The notes beneath the pieces were generated by a model. It had not been told where the DNA came from. It did no database searches and saw only the letters and a list, made by a program, of their open reading frames with translations. The translations under genes were made by a program, and so were the position numbers. A DNA stretch of 64,000 nucleotides from Phycisphaerales bacterium (GTDB lineage Bacteria > Planctomycetota > Phycisphaerae > Phycisphaerales > UBA1924), in contig OZ245777.1 in the NCBI GenBank assembly GCA_965227775.1, positions 64,001 through 128,000 of the forward strand. The letters run 5' to 3'. Positions 38,034 through 47,921 of the stretch are shown piece after piece (position 1 is the first letter of the stretch; every line of letters begins with the position of its first letter).

Positions 38034-39272
38034 TCAGCTTGCGGGCTTGATGATGGTGAACTCGATCTCGTGCCTGGTGGGGACGAGGATGAGGCCGGCC
38101 TGTTCGAGGAACTCTTCGGGGAGTTTGGCCTTGTCGGCGGTGAGATCCAGGTTGAGGAACAGGTAGCCTTCGTGTTCGGTGCCGTCTACGACGGGGGCAC
38201 CCATGATGCTGGCGACGTTGCCGACAATGGTGGTCATCGAGGCGCTCGCGCTGGTGATCGTTATGGTGCTGCCATTCATCGTCGAGCTTGTACCCAGGTG
38301 GCGATCCGTGCCGGAGTCTTTGAGCTTGAGGCCGGTGTCGGCGACACGGAGTTCGTAGGCGTCGACTTCGCGCATCTCGGTTTCGAGGAGGACGCCGAGG
38401 CCGGCCGTGATGAGATCACGCACGGCGGGCATGAGCGCGGTGTACTGGTCGCGCGGGATTCTGTAAATGACGTCGAACTTCTCGTCGGTGACGGCCGGAT
38501 CGACTTCGACGGCGTAGCCACGCAGGTTGTAGAGCGACGTGACGACGCCGCTGGCGGTGCGGCCGAGTGCGGTCAAGGCGGTGCCGCTTGCGGCAGACAT
38601 CCTGGATTCGCCCGCTGGTCGCACGATGACTTGGATTGCTGGCTGGTCTTCGATGGGTGAGTACGGGTCGATGCCCGGGACGATGTTGCCGCTCACGATC
38701 GGCCGGCCGTCAGAGCCGATGCTGCCGGGGGGCGCGTTGCGAGCGGATCGGGAATCGGGGTTGGGGTCGTCCTTGCCCTCGACGATGGTGGCGAGGCGTT
38801 CCTTGGTCAGCGCGGTGGGATGGGTTCGCGCGATGATGGTGCCATCGCGGACGATGAACGTGGTTGGCCAGCCGCGGACGGCGTAGTCCTTGACCATGGA
38901 TTGGTCCATGTCGTGGCCGATCCAGGTGTTGAGCTTCATGCGCTCTTGGAAGCGATCGGTGACGGTGGGTTCTTCGTAGGTGACGCTGAGGAAGTTGACG
39001 CCCTTGGGGGCGAACTCGTCGTGGAGTTCGTTGATGTGGGGGATGGCGGCGACGCACGGGCCGCACCAGGTGCCCCAGAACTCGATGACGGTGGTGCCGG
39101 TAGACCAGGTGTCCCAGCTTGCGTTGGCGCGTTCGGGGGCGTTGGTGAGGGCGTCGAGGGAGATGGGCGGGGCCTTGTCGCCCGGGCCTGGGGGCGTTTG
39201 GGCGCGTGCGAGGCTGGTGAGGCAGGCGGCGAGCGAGAGGGCAAGCAGGGCGAGGCGGTGCGTGCGAGGCAT
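38034..39272 (-). CDS. Secreted TlpA-like redoxin fused to a TIGR03435-like domain
   Basis: Signal peptide; EFWGTWCGPC; C-terminal PVVDGT...EQAGLIL. Confidence 0.75.
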   Translation of the reverse strand: MPRTHRLALLALSLAACLTSLARAQTPPGPGDKAPPISLDALTNAPERANASWDTWSTGTTVIEFWGTWCGPCVAAIPHINELHDEFAPKGVNFLSVTYEEPTVTDRFQERMKLNTWIGHDMDQSMVKDYAVRGWPTTFIVRDGTIIARTHPTALTKERLATIVEGKDDPNPDSRSARNAPPGSIGSDGRPIVSGNIVPGIDPYSPIEDQPAIQVIVRPAGESRMSAASGTALTALGRTASGVVTSLYNLRGYAVEVDPAVTDEKFDVIYRIPRDQYTALMPAVRDLITAGLGVLLETEMREVDAYELRVADTGLKLKDSGTDRHLGTSSTMNGSTITITSASASMTTIVGNVASIMGAPVVDGTEHEGYLFLNLDLTADKAKLPEEFLEQAGLILVPTRHEIEFTIIKPAS

Positions 39273-39335
39273 ATCGGAATCCCCCGGGGTGCGTGATCGA
39301 GCGGGTTCGGCCTGTGCGTTGCTATACCGTATGGG

Positions 39336-40025
39336 ATGCGGCGAGGGTTCACGCTGATCGAGGTTCTCGTGGTCATCGCGATCATCGCGGTGTTGCTCGG
39401 GGTGTTGCTGCCGGTGCTGGCTGGGGCGCGGGATGCTGGCAGGGCGGCGGTTTGCCTCTCGAATCTGCGGCAGGCGCACCTGATCTGTGCGCAGTATGCG
39501 GACACGTACGACGGGTATGGGCCGGCGATCGGGCAGCCGTACGGGAGCGTGCCGAATTGGGCGCTCGTGGTGCAGACCGAAGCGAAGGGCGGGGCCGGGC
39601 GTGCGGGGTCTACGCCTGGGGACATCTATGAGGAAGAGAGCGTGCTTGTGTGTCCGGCGTGCCAAGCGCAGACGGGCGAGCGAATGACACGGACGTACGC
39701 GATGAATGCGACGGGTCTCGCGGGCTTGCCGGGCGATTCTGGGGATTACGACGCGCGGGCGACTTCAATCCGATTCGATCTGGTGTCTCGACCGGCTGAG
39801 ACGCCGTTGCTGGTCGACGCGGCGCCGATCGTGCCCGGGCCGAGTCAGCCGCCGCCGACGCGGGCGGCGAGCGTGATCGACTTCCGGCAGGAGTCGCACG
39901 TCGCCGAGCGTCTGGGCTTGTGGCATGGCGGTCGGACCGATGCGCGGTGCCACGCGGTTCGCTTCGACGGTTCGGCGCGCGCGTTTGCGGGCGTGCAATC
40001 GGGGTGGCTGGAGCCGCTGCGTTAG
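39336..40025 (+). CDS. Prepilin-type N-methylation domain protein (planctomycete H-X9-DG-type family)
   Basis: MRRGFTLIEVLVVIAII, CLSNLRQ, H...FDGS near the C-terminus. Confidence 0.88.
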   Translation: MRRGFTLIEVLVVIAIIAVLLGVLLPVLAGARDAGRAAVCLSNLRQAHLICAQYADTYDGYGPAIGQPYGSVPNWALVVQTEAKGGAGRAGSTPGDIYEEESVLVCPACQAQTGERMTRTYAMNATGLAGLPGDSGDYDARATSIRFDLVSRPAETPLLVDAAPIVPGPSQPPPTRAASVIDFRQESHVAERLGLWHGGRTDARCHAVRFDGSARAFAGVQSGWLEPLR

Positions 40026-40132
40026 CACCTGCTGTGGTTTGTTCAGGCAACAGAGGTCAAGCTATCACCGGTGATGATCGCGGGAGTCTCGGAGCTCTGA
40101 TCACACGTCGGCAAGAGAACGGCGTGGGGCTT

Positions 40133-41914
40133 CTACTCGCAGCCGGCGTCGAAGGCGTTCTGGAATTCGAGGAAGTCGAATAGGGTGAATTCTCCATCGC
40201 CGTCGAAGTCGGCGCGCGGGTCCATGAGATCGAAGAAGATCTGGAAGCCCAGGAAGTCGAAGATCGTCAGCTCGCCGTCGCCATCCAGATCGGCTAGGCA
40301 TGGATCGCCCTCGCCCCTCCCGTAGATAGCCATGCCAGCGCCCAGGCCTTCGGTGCCGAACGCGAGTCCATCGACGGCACCGAGCAGGATGTCGGGCCTG
40401 CCGTCGCCATTGAGGTCGCCTCCGCCTGCGAGCGAGGTGGCCATTTGGCTGTTGCTTGGACCATCGAAGCGGATGACGCTGCTGGAGCTTACCTGGTTGA
40501 GATCGATGACGGCGTCGAAGCCCGTGTCGCGGCCGTAGATGACGTACGCCGCGCCCCTTCCGGCGCTGTAGCCGCCGCAGTAGTAGCAGGTGTAGCTGTA
40601 TCCTCTGAACGGTGCGCCAACGGCCAGGTCATCGAAGCCGTCGCCGTTGACGTCGCCTGCTGGTGCGAGCGAAGCGCCGGCCATGTCTTCGCTGGTCGCT
40701 CCTTCCATTCGGAATCCGTCGGTGCCGTCGAGAGCGCCGAGCGACACTTGGGGCTCGAATGGGTCGCCCTTGCCGAAGACGACGTAGGCGTAGCCCTGAT
40801 AGGCGATGCCGTCTCCCTTGCGGCCGGCATAGCGGGCGCCGATGGCCACGTCATCGAAGCCGTCGCCGTTGAGGTCGCCGGCCGAAGCCACGGCCAGGCC
40901 TGCGCCATCCCCGGAGTCACTGGTGATAGTGAAGCCATTCGTGCCGTCGAGATCGGCGCCCGACACCGCGTCGGGAAAGCCGCCGTCGCGACCGAAGACC
41001 ACGTACGTGACAGGGCTACCGAGACCCATGATCAGGTCCGCGATGCCATCGCCGTTGACATCGCCAGCGCCGGCAACGGCAACACGCAGAGATCCGATTT
41101 GATCGGGCAACAAACGAAACCCCCGTGGGCCTGCGACATCCGCCAGCGGAACGACGGCATCGAAGCCGTCACGTGTGCCGAAGAGCACGTATGCCGTGGG
41201 AAAGCGTCCCAGTTGTGCTTCCTGGGCGGCGATAACGGCATCGTCGATGCCGTCGTTGTTGATGTCTCCGATACCGGCGACCGCTATGCCGCTAAAGTCG
41301 CCCGCGCCGACGCCTGGCAATCGGAAGCCGTTGGTGCCGTCGAGGTCGTCGGGTGACAAGGTGGCGGGGAAGCCATCCGCACGACCGAACACGACGTAGG
41401 TCTCGCCCGAGCGCGAGCCCGATGGATCGGCTCCCGCCGCACCGATGATGACGTCGTCGATGCCGTCGCCGTTCAGGTCCCCCGCACCCGAGACTGCGCC
41501 GAGGGTGTCGTCTGCGGCGCCGCCCTGGAAGGTGAAGCCGTTGGTTCCGTCCAGAGCCGTCACCGAACGCACGGTGGGCCCACCGGCCTGCCCAAACACC
41601 ACGTAGGCCTCGCCGGCGCGATCCTTGCCACCGACATCGACGCCGAACGCTCCGAAGATGGCGTCGTCTACCCCGTCGCCGTTCAAATCGCCAGCGAACG
41701 CCGCGTTGGCGCCCATGAAGCCTCGCAACTGGCGGCCCGCCATGTTCCATGCGAGGCCGGCACCCTCCAGGACGTCGAAGGACTGGGCTGAGGAGAATGG
41801 CGACTCCAAAGGGTCGCTCTGGGCACGCAGCGGCGTGCAGCCGATCGCGATGGCCAGGCCTGCGATGGTTGTCAGCGTGCTGATGGGTGTCGCGTGGTCG
41901 GCGTTCGGTCGCAT
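40133..41914 (-). CDS. Secreted integrin-alpha/FG-GAP repeat protein with C-terminal GC-type dockerin
   Basis: Repeated AGDLNGDG.DD..IGA; tail CLADLDGDGELTIFDFLGFQ...FDAGCE. Confidence 0.88.
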   Translation of the reverse strand: MRPNADHATPISTLTTIAGLAIAIGCTPLRAQSDPLESPFSSAQSFDVLEGAGLAWNMAGRQLRGFMGANAAFAGDLNGDGVDDAIFGAFGVDVGGKDRAGEAYVVFGQAGGPTVRSVTALDGTNGFTFQGGAADDTLGAVSGAGDLNGDGIDDVIIGAAGADPSGSRSGETYVVFGRADGFPATLSPDDLDGTNGFRLPGVGAGDFSGIAVAGIGDINNDGIDDAVIAAQEAQLGRFPTAYVLFGTRDGFDAVVPLADVAGPRGFRLLPDQIGSLRVAVAGAGDVNGDGIADLIMGLGSPVTYVVFGRDGGFPDAVSGADLDGTNGFTITSDSGDGAGLAVASAGDLNGDGFDDVAIGARYAGRKGDGIAYQGYAYVVFGKGDPFEPQVSLGALDGTDGFRMEGATSEDMAGASLAPAGDVNGDGFDDLAVGAPFRGYSYTCYYCGGYSAGRGAAYVIYGRDTGFDAVIDLNQVSSSSVIRFDGPSNSQMATSLAGGGDLNGDGRPDILLGAVDGLAFGTEGLGAGMAIYGRGEGDPCLADLDGDGELTIFDFLGFQIFFDLMDPRADFDGDGEFTLFDFLEFQNAFDAGCE

Positions 41915-42117
41915 GGTGGTGCTCCTTCTAAGATCAGAATACCAGAAAGCGGCCCTCGGCACAAGGACATTTCGACGGTTCTCCAGGGGCGGTGCGAGTG
42001 TGAAGACTGCACGCGAACGCACGCTCGCATTACCTGGGCGGATGCGAGCGTGCGTTGCGTGGATTTCGTTTGGGACGCACGCGAGTTGCGTGCGTCCGGT
42101 CGATTTGGGCTTGGGCG

Positions 42118-42210
42118 TTACGGGCAGCCAGCCGCAAACGCGTTCTGGAATGCCAGGAAGTCGAACAGGTTGAGTTCGCTGTTGCCGTCAGAGTCGGCGC
42201 TCGGGTCACC
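42118..42210 (-). pseudogene. Orphan GC-dockerin tail fragment
   Basis: Encodes GDPSADSDGNSELNLFDFLAFQNAFAAGCP*; in-frame stop about 10 codons upstream, with no body or signal peptide. Confidence 0.75.
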
Positions 42211-42291
42211 GCACGTGTGCACCCGATCACGCGGGCTTTATCAGATCTTCACACGGCCGGAAGCTGGACGACAGGCGGACGGCCCTGCGGC

Positions 42292-42873
42292 CTACTCGCA
42301 GCCCGCGTCGAACTCGTTCTGGAAGGCGAAGAAGTCGAAGATCGTGAAGTCGCCGTCGCCGTCGAAGTCGGCGAGGGGGTCCATAAGGTCGAAGAGGTTC
42401 TGGAAGGCGAGGAAGTCGAAGATGGTGAGTTGTTGGTCGCCGTCGAGGTCGACACGGCAGGGTGGTTCGGCGAAGGTGAGACGCCAGGCGGCACCGCCGA
42501 CATCGAAGGGGCTTGCGGTGACGGTGATCTCCATCGAGAGCGGGCCGCGATGCGAGAGGTAGACCTCGCCGCTGGACCAGCGCTCGTCGGCGAACGCGGC
42601 GTCGTAGTCGGCGCCGATCTCATCGCCGATGGTGGTCGGCTCTGAGCAGACGAACGCGTCAACGGTGCCGGCACGATCGACAAGGCGGACGGAAAACCGG
42701 TCCCCCGACGAGAACGCGTCGGTGACCTGGAGCTGCGGATTGTCGTCGGTTATAAACAGACTGATGATGATGAGGTCGCCGACGGGACCGAACGTGAAGC
42801 GCTCCCAGTCTTGGGCGTGCGCAGCGGCGGTGATAGCGAGCGTGGTAAAGATGGCGATCGGCTTGGACTGCAT
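42292..42873 (-). CDS. Small secreted protein with GC-type dockerin
   Basis: Signal peptide (AAAHA-Q); tail CRVDLDGDQQLTIFDFLAFQ...FDAGCE. Confidence 0.85.
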   Translation of the reverse strand: MQSKPIAIFTTLAITAAAHAQDWERFTFGPVGDLIIISLFITDDNPQLQVTDAFSSGDRFSVRLVDRAGTVDAFVCSEPTTIGDEIGADYDAAFADERWSSGEVYLSHRGPLSMEITVTASPFDVGGAAWRLTFAEPPCRVDLDGDQQLTIFDFLAFQNLFDLMDPLADFDGDGDFTIFDFFAFQNEFDAGCE

Positions 42874-43008
42874 TTTGATACCCCCTGAGCGACTGGGAAT
42901 CGGGCTGAGAACCTTCTTATAACCGAGATTGGCGCTCGGATCAACGGTAAATCACCCCACGGCTTGGTGCGCGTGGGGTGGTGTCGGTACGGCTTCGCGG
43001 GATGGCTG

Positions 43009-45342
43009 TTACGGGCAGCCGATGTCGAAGGCGTTCTGGAACGCGAGGAAGTCGAAGATGGAGAGCTCGCCGTCGCCATCGAAATCGACCAGCGTGCTGC
43101 CGGCTGCAAAGAGCGTTTGGAAGGCGAGGAAATCGAAGATGGTCAGATCGCCGTCGCCATCAAAGTCGGGGCGGCATGGATCGGGGCAGAGATTGGGGAG
43201 CGTCTCGATGCCGTCGATCGTCGTACCCGATACGGCAATGATGTCGGGCTTGCCATCGCTGGTCACATCGGCCACGTCGAGCGCGGACGCCGGGAATGTC
43301 GTGTCGTAGCGGGTCAGGTTGTCGAAAGTTGCATTGCCGTTGCCCAGGAAGACGGCTAGCCCCCGTCGACCGGGTAGCGTCCCAACGATGTTTACGAGCG
43401 CATCAGGTGCTTCATCGCCGTTGATGTCTTGTACTTGAAGGTCCAGGGCGAAGCGGTTGCGCCAGGTTGGGGTTGTGGTTCGGGGCAGGAGCGTGCCATC
43501 GCCCTGACCTCTGAAGGACTCGATGCTGGCGTCGCCGGTTGACACGACAACATCGAGGTTACCGTCGCCGTCGAGGTCGGCCAATTCGATCTCGAAGGGG
43601 GTGTCCTGGGTTGCGTACGTGGTTGGAGGCGCAAACTGGCCAAGGCCAACCCCGAGCAAAATCGCGACTTCGCGTCGGGATTGCCAGATCACGGCCGCGT
43701 CGAGGAGGCCGTCGCCATCGAGGTCTCCGATGGCCGAAGCCGTTGGCTCGTAGGGCAGCGGGTGCGGCGGCTGGGCGGCGAAGCTGCCAGAGCCATCGTT
43801 CAACGCGAGCACGATCTGCTGGCCGCCCATGCATGTTGTGACGGCATCGAGGTCTGCGTCTCCATCGATGTCGATCAGCTCGACCACAACGGGTTCGTCG
43901 CCCGTCGGAACGGCACCGAGGCTTGTAAATGTACCGGCACCATCGTTGATCATGAAGGTGACTTCATCGCGGTTGGTGCTTGTGACGGCGACATCGGGAT
44001 CTCCGTCACCGTCGAGGTCTCCGACGGCCATGTCCGCCGGATTGACGGCGCAGAATACCTCGCCGGCTTGCGTGAATGCGCCCGTGCCGTCGCCGAGCAG
44101 GGTTGACAGCTGGCCAAATGACTCTCTGTGCAACACGAGCGCGTCGAGTTCGCCATCGCCATTGACATCGCGGATGCTGACAGCGTGCGCACTCTCGAGG
44201 GCGAGGTCGCTGGAGGTACGCCCGGGATAGGTACCGTCCTTCCTACCGACGAGGACGTGTATGTTCTCCAGCTGTGAGTCGTAGGTGACGATCTCCGATC
44301 GGCCGTTTGCGGTCAGGTCGATGGCGACGACGTCGCCGCCCCTGCTCGCATATCTTGCCGGCGAAGCGAAGCCGCCGGACCCGTTGCCCAGGCGAACGGT
44401 AATGATCCGGCTGCTAGAGAACTCGCTGGTGAAGAGGTCGAGCAGGCCGTCGCCGTTGGCATCGCCAAGATCGATGGTTGGCGCACTGGACAGCCTCGCA
44501 ATGAGCCGTGGCGGGAGGAAGCCGCCGGCACCATCGCCGACGTACAGGCTGACCTCGTTGGAGTCCTCAAGGATTACTACATCGGGAACCGAGTCGCCGT
44601 CAACGTCGTTGACGGCGATGTCGAGCACGCCATCATCGAGGGTGATGTCGTCGGCTCGAGATAGGGAGCCACCGCCCTCGTTGATGAGGATCGCCGCGGC
44701 GCTCGCCACTCGGCTCCTCGTGACGATGTCGTCGTCTCCATCGCCATCGAGATCTGCAAAGAGGAACGAGCTGACCTCGTGCTCGAGGGGGATTCGCTGT
44801 GCGGTTGTAAACCCGCCCTGGCCGTCGTTCACATAGACGCCAACCGAGAGTGTGCCGAGCAGGTCACAGACGATGAGGTCGTCGGCACCGTCGCCGTTCA
44901 TATCGCGGAGGTCGACAACGAGCGGGTAGACCTCGAGGTTGCCCGATGGGCCGAAGGGCAGGACGCCGGAGCCGGTGTTGAGCCTCCACGTGTAGAACGG
45001 CGTGGAACTCATGGAGAAGAGGTCGTTGTCTCCGTCGCCGTCCTGATCGCCCGTTGCCAGGAGGCGATTGAGCAGGCCGCCGTAGGTGATGCGGGGACGG
45101 AACGAACCGTCGCCTTGGCCCAGGCGGACCGAGATCTGCCGCGTATCGGCCTCGAAGGTAAGCACGTCCATGAAGCCGTCGGTGTTGAAGTGCTCGAACA
45201 GCAGCAGCCTCGGGTCGGCGCCTCCGTCGCTTACCGGGCCTGGGAAGATCACGCCATCGCAGGTCTGGGCGGGAGCGTGCGCGTTGATGAACAGCAACGC
45301 CGGGGCAACGGCGAGGATCGTGCGGCGGAGTTGTTGTTTCAT
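43009..45342 (-). CDS. Secreted FG-GAP/VCBS repeat protein with GC-type dockerin
   Basis: Many DxDGDG repeats; tail CRPDFDGDGDLTIFDFLAFQ...FDIGCP. Confidence 0.88.
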   Translation of the reverse strand: MKQQLRRTILAVAPALLFINAHAPAQTCDGVIFPGPVSDGGADPRLLLFEHFNTDGFMDVLTFEADTRQISVRLGQGDGSFRPRITYGGLLNRLLATGDQDGDGDNDLFSMSSTPFYTWRLNTGSGVLPFGPSGNLEVYPLVVDLRDMNGDGADDLIVCDLLGTLSVGVYVNDGQGGFTTAQRIPLEHEVSSFLFADLDGDGDDDIVTRSRVASAAAILINEGGGSLSRADDITLDDGVLDIAVNDVDGDSVPDVVILEDSNEVSLYVGDGAGGFLPPRLIARLSSAPTIDLGDANGDGLLDLFTSEFSSSRIITVRLGNGSGGFASPARYASRGGDVVAIDLTANGRSEIVTYDSQLENIHVLVGRKDGTYPGRTSSDLALESAHAVSIRDVNGDGELDALVLHRESFGQLSTLLGDGTGAFTQAGEVFCAVNPADMAVGDLDGDGDPDVAVTSTNRDEVTFMINDGAGTFTSLGAVPTGDEPVVVELIDIDGDADLDAVTTCMGGQQIVLALNDGSGSFAAQPPHPLPYEPTASAIGDLDGDGLLDAAVIWQSRREVAILLGVGLGQFAPPTTYATQDTPFEIELADLDGDGNLDVVVSTGDASIESFRGQGDGTLLPRTTTPTWRNRFALDLQVQDINGDEAPDALVNIVGTLPGRRGLAVFLGNGNATFDNLTRYDTTFPASALDVADVTSDGKPDIIAVSGTTIDGIETLPNLCPDPCRPDFDGDGDLTIFDFLAFQTLFAAGSTLVDFDGDGELSIFDFLAFQNAFDIGCP

Positions 45343-45428
45343 CGCGGTGGCTTCCTGGGTCGGTCGGCGGGGCACCTTGCTCGGGGCGTTTCTTGGCCCG
45401 CAGGTTGTACCCGAAAACGGCGTCGCCT

Positions 45429-46157
45429 TCAACCCATTTTCAGCGAGCCCGCACGGTCGGTTACCAGTTGGGTAAGGCTCTCCCCAAGGACCGCTTGAAC
45501 GCGCTGCACGCTTGGGCAGTCGCTCGCGAGAGTCGCTTGCATGCTGGTGACCGGCCGGCCCGCAAGGCCGCAAGGGACGATGAGGTTGAAGTGGGTGAGG
45601 TCGGGGACGACGTTGAGGGCCAGGCCGTGCATGGTGACCCACTTGCGGACGCGGACGCCCATGGCGGCGATCTTGGCTGGTTGAGCGCCGTGCGCCGGGG
45701 TGACCCAGACGCCGGTGGCGGACTGGTCGCGATCACCTGAGATGTTGTACGCCGCGAGGGTGTCGATGACGGCTTGCTCGAGCAGGCGCATGTAGCCGTG
45801 CAGGCCGAGGGGTTTGCCGCTGGGTGCTGTGAGACGCTCGAGGTCGAGGATGGGGTAGGCGACGATCTGGCCCGGGCCGTGGTAGGTGACGTCGCCGCCG
45901 CGGTCGGTCTGGTGGAGTTCGACGCCCAGCGAGGCGAGGTGGTCGGCGGTTGCGAGCACGTGGTCGGCGGCGCCCGGGCGGCTGGTGACGGTGATGACCG
46001 GGTCGTGCTCGACGAAGAAGATGGTGCCGAGGCGGCCGTCGGGGTTGCCGCGTGCGTCGATGAGCTCGGCCTGGCGTGCCCGCTGGATCTCGAGGGCTTG
46101 GGCGTAGGCCATGCGGCCGAGGTCGATGATGTCGAGGCCGGGATGCGAGTCTGCCAC
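45429..46157 (-). CDS. lipB: Lipoyl(octanoyl) transferase
   Basis: EHDPVIT, DRGGDVTYHGPGQIVAYPI, KIAAMG, HGLALNV, IVPCGL. Confidence 0.93.
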   Translation of the reverse strand: MADSHPGLDIIDLGRMAYAQALEIQRARQAELIDARGNPDGRLGTIFFVEHDPVITVTSRPGAADHVLATADHLASLGVELHQTDRGGDVTYHGPGQIVAYPILDLERLTAPSGKPLGLHGYMRLLEQAVIDTLAAYNISGDRDQSATGVWVTPAHGAQPAKIAAMGVRVRKWVTMHGLALNVVPDLTHFNLIVPCGLAGRPVTSMQATLASDCPSVQRVQAVLGESLTQLVTDRAGSLKMG

Positions 46158-46193
46158 GCTCGACGGTAGCTCCAAGGGCTCTACGATGGGTCG

Positions 46194-47027
46194 ATGTCGA
46201 CCGCCTCCCCTAGCCATCACGAGACTGCCGAGATTCACCCAACCGCGTACGTCGACCCGGACTCGCACCTGGGCGAGGGCGTGGTCGTCGGGCCGCATTG
46301 CTACGTCGGCGCGGGCGTGCGTCTTGACACGGGAGTACGCCTGATCGCGTCGGTGCACGTGGAGGGCCCCGCGACGATCGGGAGCGGCACGACCGTGTAC
46401 CCCTACGCGGTGATCGGCATGCCTGGGCAGGACTTCAAGTTCTCGCCGGGCGACCCGACGCCGGGCGTGGTGATCGGCTCGGGGTGCGTAATCCGCGAGC
46501 ACGTAACGGTGCACGCGGCGACGACCGATGACCACCCCACCACCATTGGAGACAAGTGCTACTTCATGGCGTCCAGCCACGTGGGACACGACTGCGTTGT
46601 GGGGAACGGGGTGATCCTGGTGAACAACGCGCTGCTGGCCGGGCACGTGCGGGTGGGCGACAACGCGACGTTCAGCGGGAACACGGCGATCCACCAGCAC
46701 GGCCGGGTTGGGCGGATGGCGTTCATTTCGGGCGGTGTTGCGACGGCCATGGATGTGCCGCCGTTCTGCCTGTGCGATCACATCAACACGACGAATGGCT
46801 TGAACCTCGTCGGGCTTCGGCGTGCGGGCGTACCCAAGGAATCGATCGACGCGTTGCGTTTTGCGTTCCGCACGGTGATCTCCAAGAGCCTGCCGCGCGA
46901 TGCGGCGCTCGCGAAGCTGCGTGAGCTCGGCGGCGACGACCCGTACGTGTCAGAGCTTGCCGAATTCATCGCGACGAGCAAGCGCGGCATCGGGCGGGGT
47001 GCGGATCGGAACACGCGTAGGGCCTGA
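46194..47027 (+). CDS. lpxA: Acyl-ACP:UDP-N-acetylglucosamine O-acyltransferase
   Basis: IHPTAYVD, hexapeptide repeats, GQDFKF, IREHVTVH, HVGHDC, IHQ, GLNLVGLRR. Confidence 0.92.
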   Translation: MSTASPSHHETAEIHPTAYVDPDSHLGEGVVVGPHCYVGAGVRLDTGVRLIASVHVEGPATIGSGTTVYPYAVIGMPGQDFKFSPGDPTPGVVIGSGCVIREHVTVHAATTDDHPTTIGDKCYFMASSHVGHDCVVGNGVILVNNALLAGHVRVGDNATFSGNTAIHQHGRVGRMAFISGGVATAMDVPPFCLCDHINTTNGLNLVGLRRAGVPKESIDALRFAFRTVISKSLPRDAALAKLRELGGDDPYVSELAEFIATSKRGIGRGADRNTRRA

Positions 47028-47051
47028 ACCGGGGCGCCCAGGGAGGGGCGG

Positions 47052-47921
47052 ATGGTGCGGCGGACGAACACATCACCTGTCGATGGCCCAGCGCTGTGTG
47101 TGCTGGCCAGCGGCTCGAGCGGCAACTGCTCGGTGCTGCGGAGCGCTGATGGGCGCCTGGTGATGATCGATGCGGGGCTGAGCCCCAAACGCACGGCGGC
47201 GGCGCTGGGCGAGCTCGGGCACGGGCTCGACGACGTTGACGCGATCGTGCTGACGCACCTGGACAGCGATCACTTCTATTCGTCGTGGGCAGGCGTGGCG
47301 CCGCGGAAGCTCGCGACGGACGCATGTGTGTGGGTGCATGCCTCGCACGCGCGAGAGCGGCGGCTGGACCCGTTGCACGAAGCGGGACGCCTGCGGACGT
47401 TCGAGCGTGACGCGTTCGAACCGGTGGCATCGGCCACGTTTACCAGTCGGCTTGCGAGCCACGATGCTGAGGGGGTGGCGACGTTTCGGATTCGGACGCC
47501 GCAGGGTGAGCTTGGTTTCCTCACGGACCTTGGCGAGGTCACGGACCGGCTGGTCGAGTTCCACGAGGGCGTGGGCGTGCTGGCGATCGAGAGCAACTAC
47601 TGCCCGCGTCTGCAGGCGCGTTCGGAGCGGCCGGACTTTCTCAAGCGGCGGATCATGGGCGGCGCGGGGCACCTGAGCAACGAGCAGTGCCTGGGGGCGA
47701 CCGAGGCGATCGGGCCGCGCGAGCATGCGGTGTTCCTGCACCTCTCCAGGGAGTGCAACCGACCGGAGATCGTCGGTGAGATGCACGAGGGCGCGGACTA
47801 TGCGCGCACGATCGCGTCGGCGGAGTCGCCGACGCGGTGGGTGCCGATCGCTGGCGGTCGCAGAACACCCACGCCGGTCGTTCCGGCGGTACCGATGACG
47901 CTGTTCGGACCGATGCGGTGA
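47052..47921 (+). CDS. MBL-fold metallo-hydrolase (YycJ/PhnP-like)
   Basis: LASGSSGNC, IDAG, THLDSDH, SHDA, TDLG, IESNY, GHLSN, HLSRECN. Confidence 0.88.
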   Translation: MVRRTNTSPVDGPALCVLASGSSGNCSVLRSADGRLVMIDAGLSPKRTAAALGELGHGLDDVDAIVLTHLDSDHFYSSWAGVAPRKLATDACVWVHASHARERRLDPLHEAGRLRTFERDAFEPVASATFTSRLASHDAEGVATFRIRTPQGELGFLTDLGEVTDRLVEFHEGVGVLAIESNYCPRLQARSERPDFLKRRIMGGAGHLSNEQCLGATEAIGPREHAVFLHLSRECNRPEIVGEMHEGADYARTIASAESPTRWVPIAGGRRTPTPVVPAVPMTLFGPMR

